This document shows positions 37,175-46,988 of a DNA stretch of 64,000 bases, piece by piece; position 1 is the first letter of the stretch; each line of letters begins with the position of its first letter. Origin of the DNA: Pseudomonadales bacterium. Its GTDB lineage: Bacteria; Pseudomonadota; Gammaproteobacteria; Pseudomonadales; JAHRWD01. The notes beneath the pieces were generated by a model that was not told the origin of the DNA, did not search any database, and was given only the letters and a program-made list of their open reading frames with translations. The DNA is taken from positions 60,585 to 124,584 of the forward strand of contig JAHRWD010000013.1 of assembly GCA_019090315.1 (NCBI GenBank), written 5' to 3'. The position numbers and the translations under genes were made by a program.

Positions 37175-38200
37175 ATGAAGACAAAATTTACTGAACTGTT
37201 TGGCATTCAATATCCTGTTGTTCTATCTGGCATGAGCAAAGTTGCAGTACCCAAACTGGTTGCGGCGGTGTCCAACGCCGGTGGCTTGGGCATACTGGCA
37301 ACCGGGCCACTGAGTGGCGATGAAACACGTGCGGCGATTCGTGAAATTCGTTCCTTAACCGATAAACCCTTCGGTATTGGGGTGACCCTGATCATGCCCG
37401 GCGCGGTTGAAAATGCCCAGATTGGCCTGGAAGAAAAAGTACCAGTTATCAACTTCTCCCTGGGTAAGGGTGACTGGATTGCGGAACAAGCCCATGCTTA
37501 TGGCGGCAAGGTAATCGCTACCGTAGTGAATGAACGCCATGCGATGGCGGCGCAACGCCACGGTGCGGATGCGGTTTTTGCAACGGGTTATGAAGCCGCG
37601 GCCCACGGCGGGCCGGTAACATCAATGGTACTGATTCCTTCGATAGTGGATGCCGTGGATATTCCGGTTATTGGAGCAGGTGGTTTTGCAGATGGCCGAG
37701 GGCTGGTCGCTGCGTTGGCATTGGGTGCGCAAGGTATTGCGATGGGCAGTCGTTTTTCGATCACCCAGGAGAGCCCGATTCACGACAATACCAAACAAAC
37801 TGTGATCGGTAATGCGATTGAAGATACCTTCATCACCGAGAAACTGGATGGCATGGATTGCCGAGTAATGAAAAGCCCGGCGGCTGAGAAGATGGATAAA
37901 GCTTCCATTAATTTGATGGCTGCACTAAAAAATTCATTCAAGGTCTCAAAGAGCCTCGGTGTTCCCTGGGTTAAAGTCGCTGTTGGCGCTTTAATTACCG
38001 GCCCTGAAAAAGTGATGCAGTTGGCGCGCTCCGCAAATGCTTCGGAAGCACTGGATCTGGCGATCAAGCAGGGTGACGTAGTTAATGGTGTTCATCTGGT
38101 AGGCCAGGTGCAGGGGCGACTAAAAGATACACCAACCGTTGCGGAGGTCATGCAACGGGTGATTGAGGAAGCAGAGTCGGTTAAATCCGGCTTTTCTTGA
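37175..38200 (+). CDS. NMO/FabK-like FMN-dependent oxidoreductase (second paralog)
   Basis: YPVVLSGMSKVA, GYEAAAHGG and VIGAGGFADGRG blocks. It is clearly diverged from the upstream NMO. Confidence 0.8.
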   Translation: MKTKFTELFGIQYPVVLSGMSKVAVPKLVAAVSNAGGLGILATGPLSGDETRAAIREIRSLTDKPFGIGVTLIMPGAVENAQIGLEEKVPVINFSLGKGDWIAEQAHAYGGKVIATVVNERHAMAAQRHGADAVFATGYEAAAHGGPVTSMVLIPSIVDAVDIPVIGAGGFADGRGLVAALALGAQGIAMGSRFSITQESPIHDNTKQTVIGNAIEDTFITEKLDGMDCRVMKSPAAEKMDKASINLMAALKNSFKVSKSLGVPWVKVAVGALITGPEKVMQLARSANASEALDLAIKQGDVVNGVHLVGQVQGRLKDTPTVAEVMQRVIEEAESVKSGFS

Positions 38201-38249
38201 TGGCTCCATGCGATGGCTTCTGCTGATAAGTTATTTTATCGCTTGAATC

Positions 38250-38281
38250 AAAAAAGGCAGCTCAAATTAGCTGCCTTTTTT
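38250..38281. terminator. Bidirectional rho-independent terminator
   Basis: A6-GGCAGCT-caaatt-AGCTGCC-T6, sitting between convergent genes. Confidence 0.75.
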
Positions 38282-38301
38282 ATGTGGGTTGTTTGAGAAC
38301 G

Positions 38302-39057
38302 CTAGTGCCGATAAGAATCATCCTGTCGATCCAGCATTCTTAATAGCGCAGGCCATGCCTTGTGGCCAGACATATGAATACCTTTGGTTTGCTCAGCGGT
38401 TGTCGCGATCGCTTGTTCCGATGGAAAGTGCAGCTCACCGCCACCCTGTGCGGCAACCTGTGCTTCGCAGGCCTTTTCCAAAAAGTACAGCATGATAAAT
38501 GTTTCCTGAATCGTGTTACCCGCCGCCAATGTACCGTGATTGCGCAGAATCATCAGATCCTTTTCGCCAAGGTCCGCGACGATGCGTTCCCGCTCCTCGT
38601 GGTTTAGCGCTACTCCTTCGAAATCATGATAAGTGACTCTGGGGGTGACGAACATTGCGGTTTGCGTCAATGGCAACAGTCCTGATGCCTGGGCCGAGAC
38701 CGCAAGGCCATTTTTGGTGTGCAGATGCATCACCGCACCCACGTCGGGGCGAGCCATGTGTACCGCGCTGTGGATTGTAAAGCCTGCAGGGTTTACGCCG
38801 TATTCACTTTCACCAATGATATTGGCCTCTTCATCGACCTTTACCAGTGAAGATGCGGTGATCTCACCAAACAACATGCCGAAGGGGTTGATCAAAAAGT
38901 GGTTGGCGTTGCCCGGTACTCGGGCGGACAGGTGGGTGAAAATAGTGTCATCCCAACCGTAGTGGGCGACCAGTCGATAACTGGCGGCAAGGTCAACCCG
39001 GGTTTGCCATTCCGCTTCGGACATGGATTCTGGGGCAGAGGATATTGATGTGGCCAT
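38302..39057 (-). CDS. Class II aldolase/adducin N-terminal domain protein
   Basis: THLSARVPG and the HMHT/HLHT-type metal-binding His block (AVMHLHTKNG). The ATG at 39057 (MATSISS) is preferred over the tracked 39126. Confidence 0.85.
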   Translation of the reverse strand: MATSISSAPESMSEAEWQTRVDLAASYRLVAHYGWDDTIFTHLSARVPGNANHFLINPFGMLFGEITASSLVKVDEEANIIGESEYGVNPAGFTIHSAVHMARPDVGAVMHLHTKNGLAVSAQASGLLPLTQTAMFVTPRVTYHDFEGVALNHEERERIVADLGEKDLMILRNHGTLAAGNTIQETFIMLYFLEKACEAQVAAQGGGELHFPSEQAIATTAEQTKGIHMSGHKAWPALLRMLDRQDDSYRH

Positions 39058-39239
39058 GGCAAGTATTCCCTTATTGTTTTTATTGATAGATAAAGCTAAG
39101 TCACAGTACTTTTTGCTGACCACCATTGTGGTCTGAAGTGGAGTTGATATCCACTATGAAAATGTGACGGTCAGGATATATCTGAAAGTGCAGGTCGAGA
39201 GAGAAGGGTTTGAGGACAGAATTTGACAAGAGAGAGCTG

Positions 39240-39272
39240 CAATCCGAGATCTGTTGCCAGGGTCTCGGATTG
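39240..39272 (-). terminator. Hairpin downstream of serC (possible terminator, no clear U-tract)
   Basis: A 10-bp perfect inverted repeat, CAATCCGAGA-N13-TCTCGGATTG, lies 17 nt after the serC stop. Confidence 0.4.
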
Positions 39273-39288
39273 TTTGAATAGAGGTTTG

Positions 39289-40401
39289 CTATTTTACCTG
39301 TGAATAACCCCAGGCCAGCCAGGGCATCAGCGCTTCCACGTCACTTGCTTCAACTGTGGCACCACACCAAATTCGTAGTCCAGCCGGAGCATCCCGATAT
39401 GCACCAATATCGTAGGCAACCCCTTCAGAGTCGAGCAGTTTGGCGAGAGCCTTTACCTGATCCGCCTCAAGATCGAGGGTCAGGCATACGCTGGTATTGG
39501 ATAGGGTGGCCGCATCCTGGGCGAGAAAATTGATCCAGTCGTTGGCTGCAACAAATGCTTCAATCACCGCAAGGTTGGCTTGTGAGCGTTTAATGCTGGC
39601 TGCAACGCCGCCGATTGAGCGAATCCAGTCCAGCGCATCAAGGTAATCCGCCACACACAGCATGGAAGGGGTATTGATGGTTTCGCCACGGAATATGCCT
39701 TCGTTCAATTTTCCTTTTTTAGTCATGCGGAAAATCTTCGGCATTGGCCAGGCAGGTGTGTAGCTTTCCAGCCGCTCTACCGCACGTGGGCTGAGAATCA
39801 GCATGCCGTGGGCACCTTCGCCGCCAAGCACCTTCTGCCAGCTGAAGGTGACCACATCGAGTTTCTCCCAGGGCATCTCCATGGCAAAAACTGCGGAGGT
39901 CGCATCGCAAATGGCAAGGCCGGTGCGCTGGTCACTAATCCAGTCGCCGTCCACCAATTTGACTCCAGAAGTGGTGCCGTTCCATGTGAAGACGGTATCG
40001 TGATCCGGGTTAGCCTGGCTCATGTCAGGAAGTTGGCCGTAGTCGGCGCGGTATGCGGTCACATTGTCGAGTTTGAGTTGATTAGTAATATCGCCAACCC
40101 AGCCTTCGCCAAAGGATTCCCAGGCAAATATATCCACCGGTTTTGGTCCCAATAGTGACCATAGCGCCATCTCAACTGCACCGGTATCGGAAGCCGGTAC
40201 GACCCCTACACGATAACCATCTGGCAATCCCAGCAACTCGGCGGTGTCAGCACAGGCTTTTCCTAATGCCGCTTTGCCGATGGCCGAACGATGCGAACGA
40301 CCAAGGGTTTTGATATCCAGTGCATTCACATCGTATCCCGGCCGTTTACTGCAGGGGCCGGATGAAAAATTGGGGTTGGCGGGTTTGATGGTTGGTTTCA
40401 T
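39289..40401 (-). CDS. serC: Phosphoserine aminotransferase (short SerC type)
   Basis: The N-terminus ([18 protein letters not shown]) and the [10 protein letters not shown] (PLP Lys) block are typical of the ~370-aa SerC subfamily. Confidence 0.85.
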   Translation of the reverse strand: MKPTIKPANPNFSSGPCSKRPGYDVNALDIKTLGRSHRSAIGKAALGKACADTAELLGLPDGYRVGVVPASDTGAVEMALWSLLGPKPVDIFAWESFGEGWVGDITNQLKLDNVTAYRADYGQLPDMSQANPDHDTVFTWNGTTSGVKLVDGDWISDQRTGLAICDATSAVFAMEMPWEKLDVVTFSWQKVLGGEGAHGMLILSPRAVERLESYTPAWPMPKIFRMTKKGKLNEGIFRGETINTPSMLCVADYLDALDWIRSIGGVAASIKRSQANLAVIEAFVAANDWINFLAQDAATLSNTSVCLTLDLEADQVKALAKLLDSEGVAYDIGAYRDAPAGLRIWCGATVEASDVEALMPWLAWGYSQVK

Positions 40402-40646
40402 AGCTGGTCTCGCTGGCTAGTATCGTTGCAAGGTATAAAGGCTGGGCAGTTTACTGCTGAGCGGCATGGTTTGGTAGCCCCTATCAGGTCTTGTGTAGCA
40501 TCAATTGAAGCGGACAAGAAAAGATCGTAGTATTTGCGCGGTATTTTTGAATCAAGCGAAACAAATAAGATCCCAATGTCCGGAGGACAGCGGGTAATTA
40601 AAATCGGATAACTACCCGGTTAACCAAAGCCAAAAAGGAATTCACC

Positions 40647-41900
40647 ATGTCTACAGTAAAAGCGCAGCCATTATTCGGACGCGACCCCTACAGCATCCCC
40701 CTCGATGAATTCGATATGTCGCAGCCCAAGCTGTATCAAACCGACAGCGCCGGGCCATTTTTTAAGCGGCTGCGCGAAGAGGATCCGATCAATTATTGCA
40801 AGAGCTCCCTGTTTGGGCCGTACTGGTCGGTAACCAAATACAAAGACATTATGGCGGTCGAAAGCGCTGCGGATATTTTCTCCTCGGATAAATCCATTAC
40901 GCTGCAGGACGCGCCGGATGATATGCCGTTGGAAATGTTTATTGCGATGGATGCACCAAAACATGACGAACAGCGAAAAGTAGTTCAGCCAGCAGTGATG
41001 CCAGCAAATTTGGCTATTTTGGAACCGCTTATTCGAGAACGAATTTGCGGCATCCTCGATGCACTTCCGGTTAACGAAACGTTTAACTGGGTGGATAAAG
41101 TTTCGATTGAATTGACCACGCAAATGCTCGCAACCCTGTTTGATTTTCCCTTCGAAGAACGCGCCAAACTAACTTTTTGGTCAGATGCGGTAACCGCAAT
41201 CCCCGGGCCGGATGCGATTGTAAAAACCGAAGCAGAAAAACTTGCTGCAATGGGCGAGTGCCTACAGTTCTTTAGTGAAGTCTGGAAAGAGCGTGCAGCA
41301 TCGGATAAGCCCGGTAATGATCTGATCTCCATGTTATCCCATGCAGAAGCGACCAAAAATATGCCGACCATGGAGTTTTTGGGCAACCTGTTATTGCTGA
41401 TAATTGGTGGAAACGATACCACCCGTAACTCGTTATCCGGTGGAGTGGTGATGCTTAATGAAAATCCGGATGAGTATCAAAAACTTCGGGACAATCCAGG
41501 ATTAATTCCAAAAATGATTCCCGAAATTATTCGTTGCCAAACCCCGGTCGTCTCCATGCGCCGAACCGCAACACAGGATACTATTCTTGGTGGAAAGCAT
41601 ATCAAGAAAGGCGACAAAGTGATGATGTGGTACGTGTCGGGAAACCGGGACGAAGAAGCGATTGAAAATGCAGATCAATTTATTATTGACCGCGATAAAC
41701 CGCGTCAGCATCTCTCATTTGGTTTTGGTATCCACCGTTGCATGGGTAATCGGTTAGCGGAAATGCAGCTTCGTATTACCTGGGAAGAGGTAATGAAACG
41801 TTTTGAAAAGGTTGAACTAGTTGGAAAACCAGAGCGTACTTTTTCTGCATTGATTCGTGGTTTTACCGATGTGCCTGTTCAGCTGCGCCCCTTGAAATAG
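40647..41900 (+). CDS. Cytochrome P450, CYP153-like (alkane/terminal hydroxylase family)
   Basis: The heme loop FGFGIHRCMGNRLAE, the I-helix LLLIIGGNDTTRNS (the CYP153 hallmark as I recall) and FGPYWSVTKYKDIMAV are present. Confidence 0.88.
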   Translation: MSTVKAQPLFGRDPYSIPLDEFDMSQPKLYQTDSAGPFFKRLREEDPINYCKSSLFGPYWSVTKYKDIMAVESAADIFSSDKSITLQDAPDDMPLEMFIAMDAPKHDEQRKVVQPAVMPANLAILEPLIRERICGILDALPVNETFNWVDKVSIELTTQMLATLFDFPFEERAKLTFWSDAVTAIPGPDAIVKTEAEKLAAMGECLQFFSEVWKERAASDKPGNDLISMLSHAEATKNMPTMEFLGNLLLLIIGGNDTTRNSLSGGVVMLNENPDEYQKLRDNPGLIPKMIPEIIRCQTPVVSMRRTATQDTILGGKHIKKGDKVMMWYVSGNRDEEAIENADQFIIDRDKPRQHLSFGFGIHRCMGNRLAEMQLRITWEEVMKRFEKVELVGKPERTFSALIRGFTDVPVQLRPLK

Positions 41901-41971
41901 ATTCTGTTCTATTTTTCGGCGGTTATAGTTTGATCTGGTTTTTAATAACGATATTGTTTGCGGGGAGTTAA

Positions 41972-42331
41972 ATGAATTTCTTTGGTAGTTTTGGTAATAC
42001 AAAAGAGGAAGCGATAGCGAAGCTAATGCCTGTAGCAGATCAGATTATCGCCGCCCATCAAGATGGGAATTACAGTGCATTTAAATCAGTTATTACGGAT
42101 GATTTGTCCGGCAAAGTGGATGAGGATAGTTTTGAAACCGCCTATCGACAGATCGGACTAGAGCTTGGTGCTCTTATATCAAAACAATTGTTGGGCTGTT
42201 TCAGGCGAGAAGGGAATCCTCTTCTACTATTTGCGGCAAAATACAGCAAAACAGAAGATGATGTATTGATTCATGTTTCGTTTGCCAACGGCAGTAGCCC
42301 GCCAAAAATCGACTGGATCTGGATTGAGTAA
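41972..42331 (+). CDS. Hypothetical 119-aa cytoplasmic protein
   Basis: An ORF lying between the P450 and the AraC regulator. No family is recognised. Confidence 0.5.
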   Translation: MNFFGSFGNTKEEAIAKLMPVADQIIAAHQDGNYSAFKSVITDDLSGKVDEDSFETAYRQIGLELGALISKQLLGCFRREGNPLLLFAAKYSKTEDDVLIHVSFANGSSPPKIDWIWIE

Positions 42332-42401
42332 TATTTACAATCCATTTCAGCCAACCCTGACCAGTGCAGGGTTGAGCCGGTTTGGGGTCTCGTTGGTTGA
42401 A

Positions 42402-43124
42402 ATGCGCCCCGTAACACCGCTGGAACCATTTGTTCACTCTTACCTTCAGATAACAACGACTCAGCCAACCGTCTATCCGGTTATGCCGGATGGTATGGTT
42501 GCGGTGTATATGTCATCAAGCGGTACGATGATCGGCGGTGCACTAAATAGAGCAGTAAATATACCATTGTTGAGCGCAGGTGAGTATTTCGGTATTCGAT
42601 TTTATCCTGGCGTAATTAGAAATTTTTTTGATCTGAATCTGTCGGAGATTTCAGATCAGATGGTGGATGCGAAATTTTTCCCATGTAAAAAGTTTAACCA
42701 GTTACACCGTAAAGTTTATCACCACCAGGCATTTAATAAGCGTGCAGCCGAATGTGAAAAGTGGTTGTTGAGTTGTTATAGGCCTCAGCCGAAATCCAGA
42801 TTTGATCAAGCGCTTTCAAAAATTATTCGCAGCAACGGTTGCAGCAAGGTTGGTGAACTAGCTGACGAGATCAGTTGGAGCAGCCGACACCTCAACCGAC
42901 AATTTTTGCAGCACACTGGGCTGACCACTAAAACGTTTTCTCAGATTGTTCGTCTTCAGCAAGCCTCTCGTTATATCTGTTCAGGTTCCAGAGGTATTGC
43001 AGATGTTCCAGTCGAGCTTGGTTACTTTGATCAGCCGCATCTTATTAAAGAGTTCAATCGTTTCTACCACTCCTCTCCTGGCCAATTATTCGAGCGGTTT
43101 ATGTCCGATTCCTACAATCAATAA
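42402..43124 (+). CDS. AraC-family transcriptional regulator
   Basis: C-terminal HTH_18 region (VGELADEISWSSRHLNRQFLQHTGLTTKTFSQIVRLQQA...GYFDQPHLIKEFNRF). I moved the start to ATG 42402 to avoid overlap with the upstream ORF. Confidence 0.75.
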   Translation: MRPVTPLEPFVHSYLQITTTQPTVYPVMPDGMVAVYMSSSGTMIGGALNRAVNIPLLSAGEYFGIRFYPGVIRNFFDLNLSEISDQMVDAKFFPCKKFNQLHRKVYHHQAFNKRAAECEKWLLSCYRPQPKSRFDQALSKIIRSNGCSKVGELADEISWSSRHLNRQFLQHTGLTTKTFSQIVRLQQASRYICSGSRGIADVPVELGYFDQPHLIKEFNRFYHSSPGQLFERFMSDSYNQ

Positions 43125-43169
43125 ATAATTGATTGGGTATATTGGTTTGTTTTTCAGGGGGAAAAACCG

Positions 43170-43667
43170 ATGGGGTTTACCAATCAACAAATACTTGAAA
43201 TATCCGAAGGCGGATTCTTTGGGAAAGGAAATGCCCAGCTTCCGAACTCTTTAATGTTAATGATCGATGAAATCGATAGCATCTCAAGCGAGGGCGGCCG
43301 ATATAACAAAGGCCAGCTGGATGCCAGTCTGGTCATAGATCCTGACCACTGGTTTTTTCCCTGTCACTTTAAAGATGATCCGGTTATGCCTGGATGTCTG
43401 GGGCTAGATGCATTGTGGCAACTGCTGGGCGTATTTCTTGGCTGGTCTGGTTTGCCCGGAAAAGGCAGGGCGCTGGGGGTTGGAAAAGTGAAATTTAGCG
43501 GGCAAATATTTCCCGATGCAGGAACAATTGGATATCAGTTGCACATCAAGCGCGTTTTCAAAAAACCTCTGCCGATGGGCGTTGCGGATGGTGTTGTCAT
43601 ACTCGATGGACAGATAATTTATGAGGCGAATGACCTTAAAGTAGGGTTAATTGATACGGATAAGTAA
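43170..43667 (+). CDS. fabA: 3-hydroxydecanoyl-ACP dehydratase/isomerase FabA homolog
   Basis: Near-colinear with E. coli FabA as recalled: WFFPCHFKDDPVMPGCLGLDALWQLLGVFLGW and GKGRALGVGKVKFSGQ. Confidence 0.85.
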   Translation: MGFTNQQILEISEGGFFGKGNAQLPNSLMLMIDEIDSISSEGGRYNKGQLDASLVIDPDHWFFPCHFKDDPVMPGCLGLDALWQLLGVFLGWSGLPGKGRALGVGKVKFSGQIFPDAGTIGYQLHIKRVFKKPLPMGVADGVVILDGQIIYEANDLKVGLIDTDK

Positions 43668-43991
43668 TCTGCGAAAAATCAGGTATATCGAGTGTGTGCC
43701 TCCCTTTCGAGAAATGAGGGTTGCGCTGATTTTATATGGATGCGCAGGCGTATGAACAACAGAGCGCACGATCAGGATTCATGCATGTGGTTAATTTGCA
43801 CCTGATCCTGATGGTTCTAAGTGGCGGGCAACCGATTTTTTTAGCCATAGATGGAGTGAATGCATCAGGTTACTATTGACACGTATAGCCGTTTATTTAA
43901 GATATGTCGATAGCAATCTGGTCAAAATGAGCTAGATGTGGCTATAAATTTACTTTGGTTTTAAGTTGTGATCGACAACAGGGATTAGAAA

Positions 43992-44519
43992 ATGAAAATT
44001 GTCTCAGCTGTATTGAGTACCGGATTTAAAGAAGGGTTTGGGCGTGTCATGGTTATGATGCTTGTTACTGGTTCATTGCTGACCGGTTGTGCAACATTGG
44101 AAGAAACACTGGATGGCTTTGGCAGTTCAGATACCGCCGAAAAAGAGGATTCAGGAAAAACTGAGGCCAGTAGTGCTTCAGATACCAGGTCTGCCAAGAA
44201 AACAGAAGAGAAACAGCCCACCAGCAAAGCTGAACCTAAAGATGACAAGAAATCTGAGAGCACTTTATATAAGCCGGCTCCAGGCAGTAAATTTTCGAAG
44301 GTAAAAATAGGCATGTCCTACCGCAGAGTGCTCGATATCATCGGTGATGGGACTGATTATGATACCTATACTACTGGAAAGGCCTGGATTCCTTTTTATT
44401 ATGGGAGTGACCGGTGGCGAAAAGATGTTTACTACAAAAAAGAGGGGCGACTAGTATTTAACTCAAGGGATGATCTCATTGAGATTCTTGTAGATACCGA
44501 TGAAGATGGGTATAGATAG
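43992..44519 (+). CDS. Lipoprotein with C-terminal BamE/SmpA_OmlA-like domain
   Basis: Has the lipobox LLTGC, a low-complexity acidic/Lys linker and a C-terminal KIGMSYRRVLDIIG...YYKKEGRLVF. The start may be ATG 44049. Confidence 0.55.
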   Translation: MKIVSAVLSTGFKEGFGRVMVMMLVTGSLLTGCATLEETLDGFGSSDTAEKEDSGKTEASSASDTRSAKKTEEKQPTSKAEPKDDKKSESTLYKPAPGSKFSKVKIGMSYRRVLDIIGDGTDYDTYTTGKAWIPFYYGSDRWRKDVYYKKEGRLVFNSRDDLIEILVDTDEDGYR

Positions 44520-44522
44520 TAA

Positions 44523-45038
44523 TTAGAATTCAGCCCAATTGCCGCGTAAATCCAGGCGGTAATTGGGGTGACGGTTGGCCGGCCAGTTAGGTGAAGTGAT
44601 TGTCATTTGATTGTTGGACTTTTTTTCCATATTAGTTAACCAGGATAAATCAGCCGATACGTTTGTAGCGCTTAGTTGCACACCCTCATATTTTCCTTTC
44701 AGCTTTTCAATAGCACCCGGATCAATATTTTTTTTCAGGGCTATAGATGCGGTATTAACGGTCACTGCAATAATGATCCCGGTTAGCATCAATCCGATAA
44801 ATGCAATGAGTACCGATATGGCTCTGGAAGTTTTTCGTAGCGCTCGAATATCACCATAACCAACGGTTGTTGCGGTGATAAATGACCAGTACAGCGCATC
44901 GAACCTCGACCATTTTTCAAGGCGGCAAACAATTTGACCCAGAATAACAATTAGAAAACTCAAGATACCCAATAGTGGGGCCATCAAATAGAGAGATATA
45001 AAGAACAGTTTGGCAAATGTAATAGTGAAATCCATCAA
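44523..45038 (-). CDS. Two-TM potassium channel (Ion_trans_2)
   Basis: The selectivity filter TTVGYGD lies between two TM helices. Confidence 0.8.
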   Translation of the reverse strand: MMDFTITFAKLFFISLYLMAPLLGILSFLIVILGQIVCRLEKWSRFDALYWSFITATTVGYGDIRALRKTSRAISVLIAFIGLMLTGIIIAVTVNTASIALKKNIDPGAIEKLKGKYEGVQLSATNVSADLSWLTNMEKKSNNQMTITSPNWPANRHPNYRLDLRGNWAEF

Positions 45039-45053
45039 TGACTATTCCTGTGT

Positions 45054-46058
45054 TTAGGAGTCGCTGCTCTTTCCAGAGATACATTGAATAAAATTCCATG
45101 AAAATTGCTGCATAAATTCAAAGTAGTTTTCTGATAAGTGACTGGAGTATTGGTAGCTCTCTCCCAATGGATCAAGCGCAGCACGGCGCACATCTGTACC
45201 GCGGGTCACAGATTCAATCAGTGACGGGTTGAATTGCGGCTCTGAAAAAATACAAACCGCATCCCCCTGTTGAAGGATGGACTGGATCTGCAGCATCTTT
45301 TTTACCCCTGGTTTGCTTTCGTTAACGCTGAATTCACCAAGTCGGTTGAGGCCATATAGTTTCTCAAAATAGCCATAGGCATCATGAAAGACAAAATAGC
45401 CTTTGTCTTTTAATGGGGCCAGATCTGCTTTTAACTGCTGATCCAGCTGGGTGATTCGTTGTGTAAATTTTGTGAGATTTTGTTGATAGTGTTCGCGGTT
45501 GCTCGGGTCTAATTCTGAAAGGATCTGCTCGATCTGCCTGGCCATTGCGAGGGCGTTGTGCGGGTTTAGCCAAATATGAGGGTCTTGTTGCTCAGACGAC
45601 AGGTTAGAGTCATGTTCATCAGAATGCCGGTGATCATGATGGTGCTCGAGGCTGATCAACTTAACCCCGGGTGCATCGATTAACGCGACTACTTCTGGTT
45701 TGGGGTTCCCGGAGAATTTCTTTAAGGTTTTTGCAAGGAATGTTTCCAATGATGGGCCAACCCAGAACAGCGCATCAGCCTGACTCATATCGCGGATGTT
45801 GGAGGGTTTCAGGCTATATTCGTGCGGTGTTGATCCGGGTGGCACTAGTACGGTTGGCTCACTGATGCCTTCAGATATGGCGGATACGATCATTTTTACT
45901 GGATATACGCTGGTAACCAGTTTAAGTGGTTGAGGTGTGGGCTGGGCCAGAGACCATGTGCTGATCAGTAGTGAGCTGAACATAGACAGAGCTAGTACCA
46001 ATTTTTTCAGGATATTGGACGGCTTTGAGTCGGGTATGATTTTAATACTGTATTGCAT
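45054..46058 (-). CDS. znuA: Zinc ABC transporter substrate-binding protein ZnuA
   Basis: A cluster-9 SBP pattern with a His/Asp-rich loop (EHHHDHRHSDEHD) and DPHIWLNP. It is divergent from znuCB. Confidence 0.85.
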   Translation of the reverse strand: MQYSIKIIPDSKPSNILKKLVLALSMFSSLLISTWSLAQPTPQPLKLVTSVYPVKMIVSAISEGISEPTVLVPPGSTPHEYSLKPSNIRDMSQADALFWVGPSLETFLAKTLKKFSGNPKPEVVALIDAPGVKLISLEHHHDHRHSDEHDSNLSSEQQDPHIWLNPHNALAMARQIEQILSELDPSNREHYQQNLTKFTQRITQLDQQLKADLAPLKDKGYFVFHDAYGYFEKLYGLNRLGEFSVNESKPGVKKMLQIQSILQQGDAVCIFSEPQFNPSLIESVTRGTDVRRAALDPLGESYQYSSHLSENYFEFMQQFSWNFIQCISGKSSDS

Positions 46059-46116
46059 ATTCTTTGCGAAACCGAGTTGAATCAAACGGGTATAATACTC
46101 GCTGATACCCGCCCGG

Positions 46117-46156
46117 AGCTAGTGTAGTGGATACAGTTTTATGCACTACACTAGCT
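46117..46156. promoter_or_regulatory. 13-bp perfect inverted repeat in the znuA/znuC divergent region
   Basis: AGCTAGTGTAGTG-N14-CACTACACTAGCT lies 47 bp upstream of the znuC ATG. It does not match the AT-rich Zur box I recall. Confidence 0.4.
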
Positions 46157-46202
46157 TCCGGATTCAAAGCTCTCTTATGAGAAGAAACGTTCTGTTTAGT
46201 TG

Positions 46203-46988
46203 ATGGCTGACCATATCTCAATTTTGAACCTTATCGATATTTCGGTGATCCGTCAGGGTCGTACGATCCTCGATCACGTCGATTTGGAGTTGCACAAAAA
46301 TGAGATCACTACGCTGATCGGGCCAAATGGATCGGGAAAAACAACATTGATTCGGCTGATTCTGGGTTTGATCAAACCCAGCTCCGGAAGGCTTCAATGG
46401 CGAGATAGACCCAGTGTTGGTTATATGCCGCAGAAGTTACATATCGAGCCAACCCTGCCGTTAACGGTGGAGCGGTTTTTATTGATGGCCCGGGGTAGTA
46501 AGCGGAATGAGATTGATCGGGTATTAGCGGATACGGGTATTTCACATCTGCGAGACAGCCCGATCCAGTATATATCCGGTGGTGAGTTCCAGCGAGTATT
46601 GTTGTCCCGCGCGATATTGCGCAGGCCGCAGCTGCTGGTGCTGGATGAGCCGGTACAGGGCGTTGATATTTCCGGTCAGCTCGAGCTGTATCAGCTGATC
46701 ACCTATATCAAGGAACAGTATGCTTGCACGGTATTGATGGTTAGCCATGACCTTCATATGGTGATGGCAAAAACAGATCATGTAATCTGTCTTAATCAGC
46801 ATATTTGCTGTCAGGGTTCACCCCAAAAAGTTACCCATGATCCTGAATTTACCGCGCTGTTCGGTGAGAGCTATCAGGAAGATATCGCGCTCTATAATCA
46901 CCAACATGACCATCACCACCATCTGGATGGCAAGGTTTCCGATTCATCCTGTTCCCACAGCACTACCGAAACCCAGGTAAAGCCATGA
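46203..46988 (+). CDS. znuC: Zinc ABC transporter ATP-binding protein ZnuC
   Basis: Walker A GPNGSGKTT, signature ISGGEFQRVLLSRAI, a His-rich C-terminal tail, and operon context with znuB. Confidence 0.9.
   Translation: MADHISILNLIDISVIRQGRTILDHVDLELHKNEITTLIGPNGSGKTTLIRLILGLIKPSSGRLQWRDRPSVGYMPQKLHIEPTLPLTVERFLLMARGSKRNEIDRVLADTGISHLRDSPIQYISGGEFQRVLLSRAILRRPQLLVLDEPVQGVDISGQLELYQLITYIKEQYACTVLMVSHDLHMVMAKTDHVICLNQHICCQGSPQKVTHDPEFTALFGESYQEDIALYNHQHDHHHHLDGKVSDSSCSHSTTETQVKP

Noticed and set aside
43668-43991. 325-bp gap after fabA with an 8-bp inverted repeat (ATCAGGAT...ATCCTGAT) as a possible sRNA or riboswitch
   Set aside because: The stem is short with a ~27-nt loop, there is no terminator, and I recognise no conserved riboswitch core. 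The evidence is insufficient.
43985-44314. 109-aa minus-strand ORF opposite the lipoprotein gene
   Set aside because: It is antisense to an ORF with a lipobox and a BamE-like domain, and its low-complexity Ser/Leu composition mirrors the linker region.
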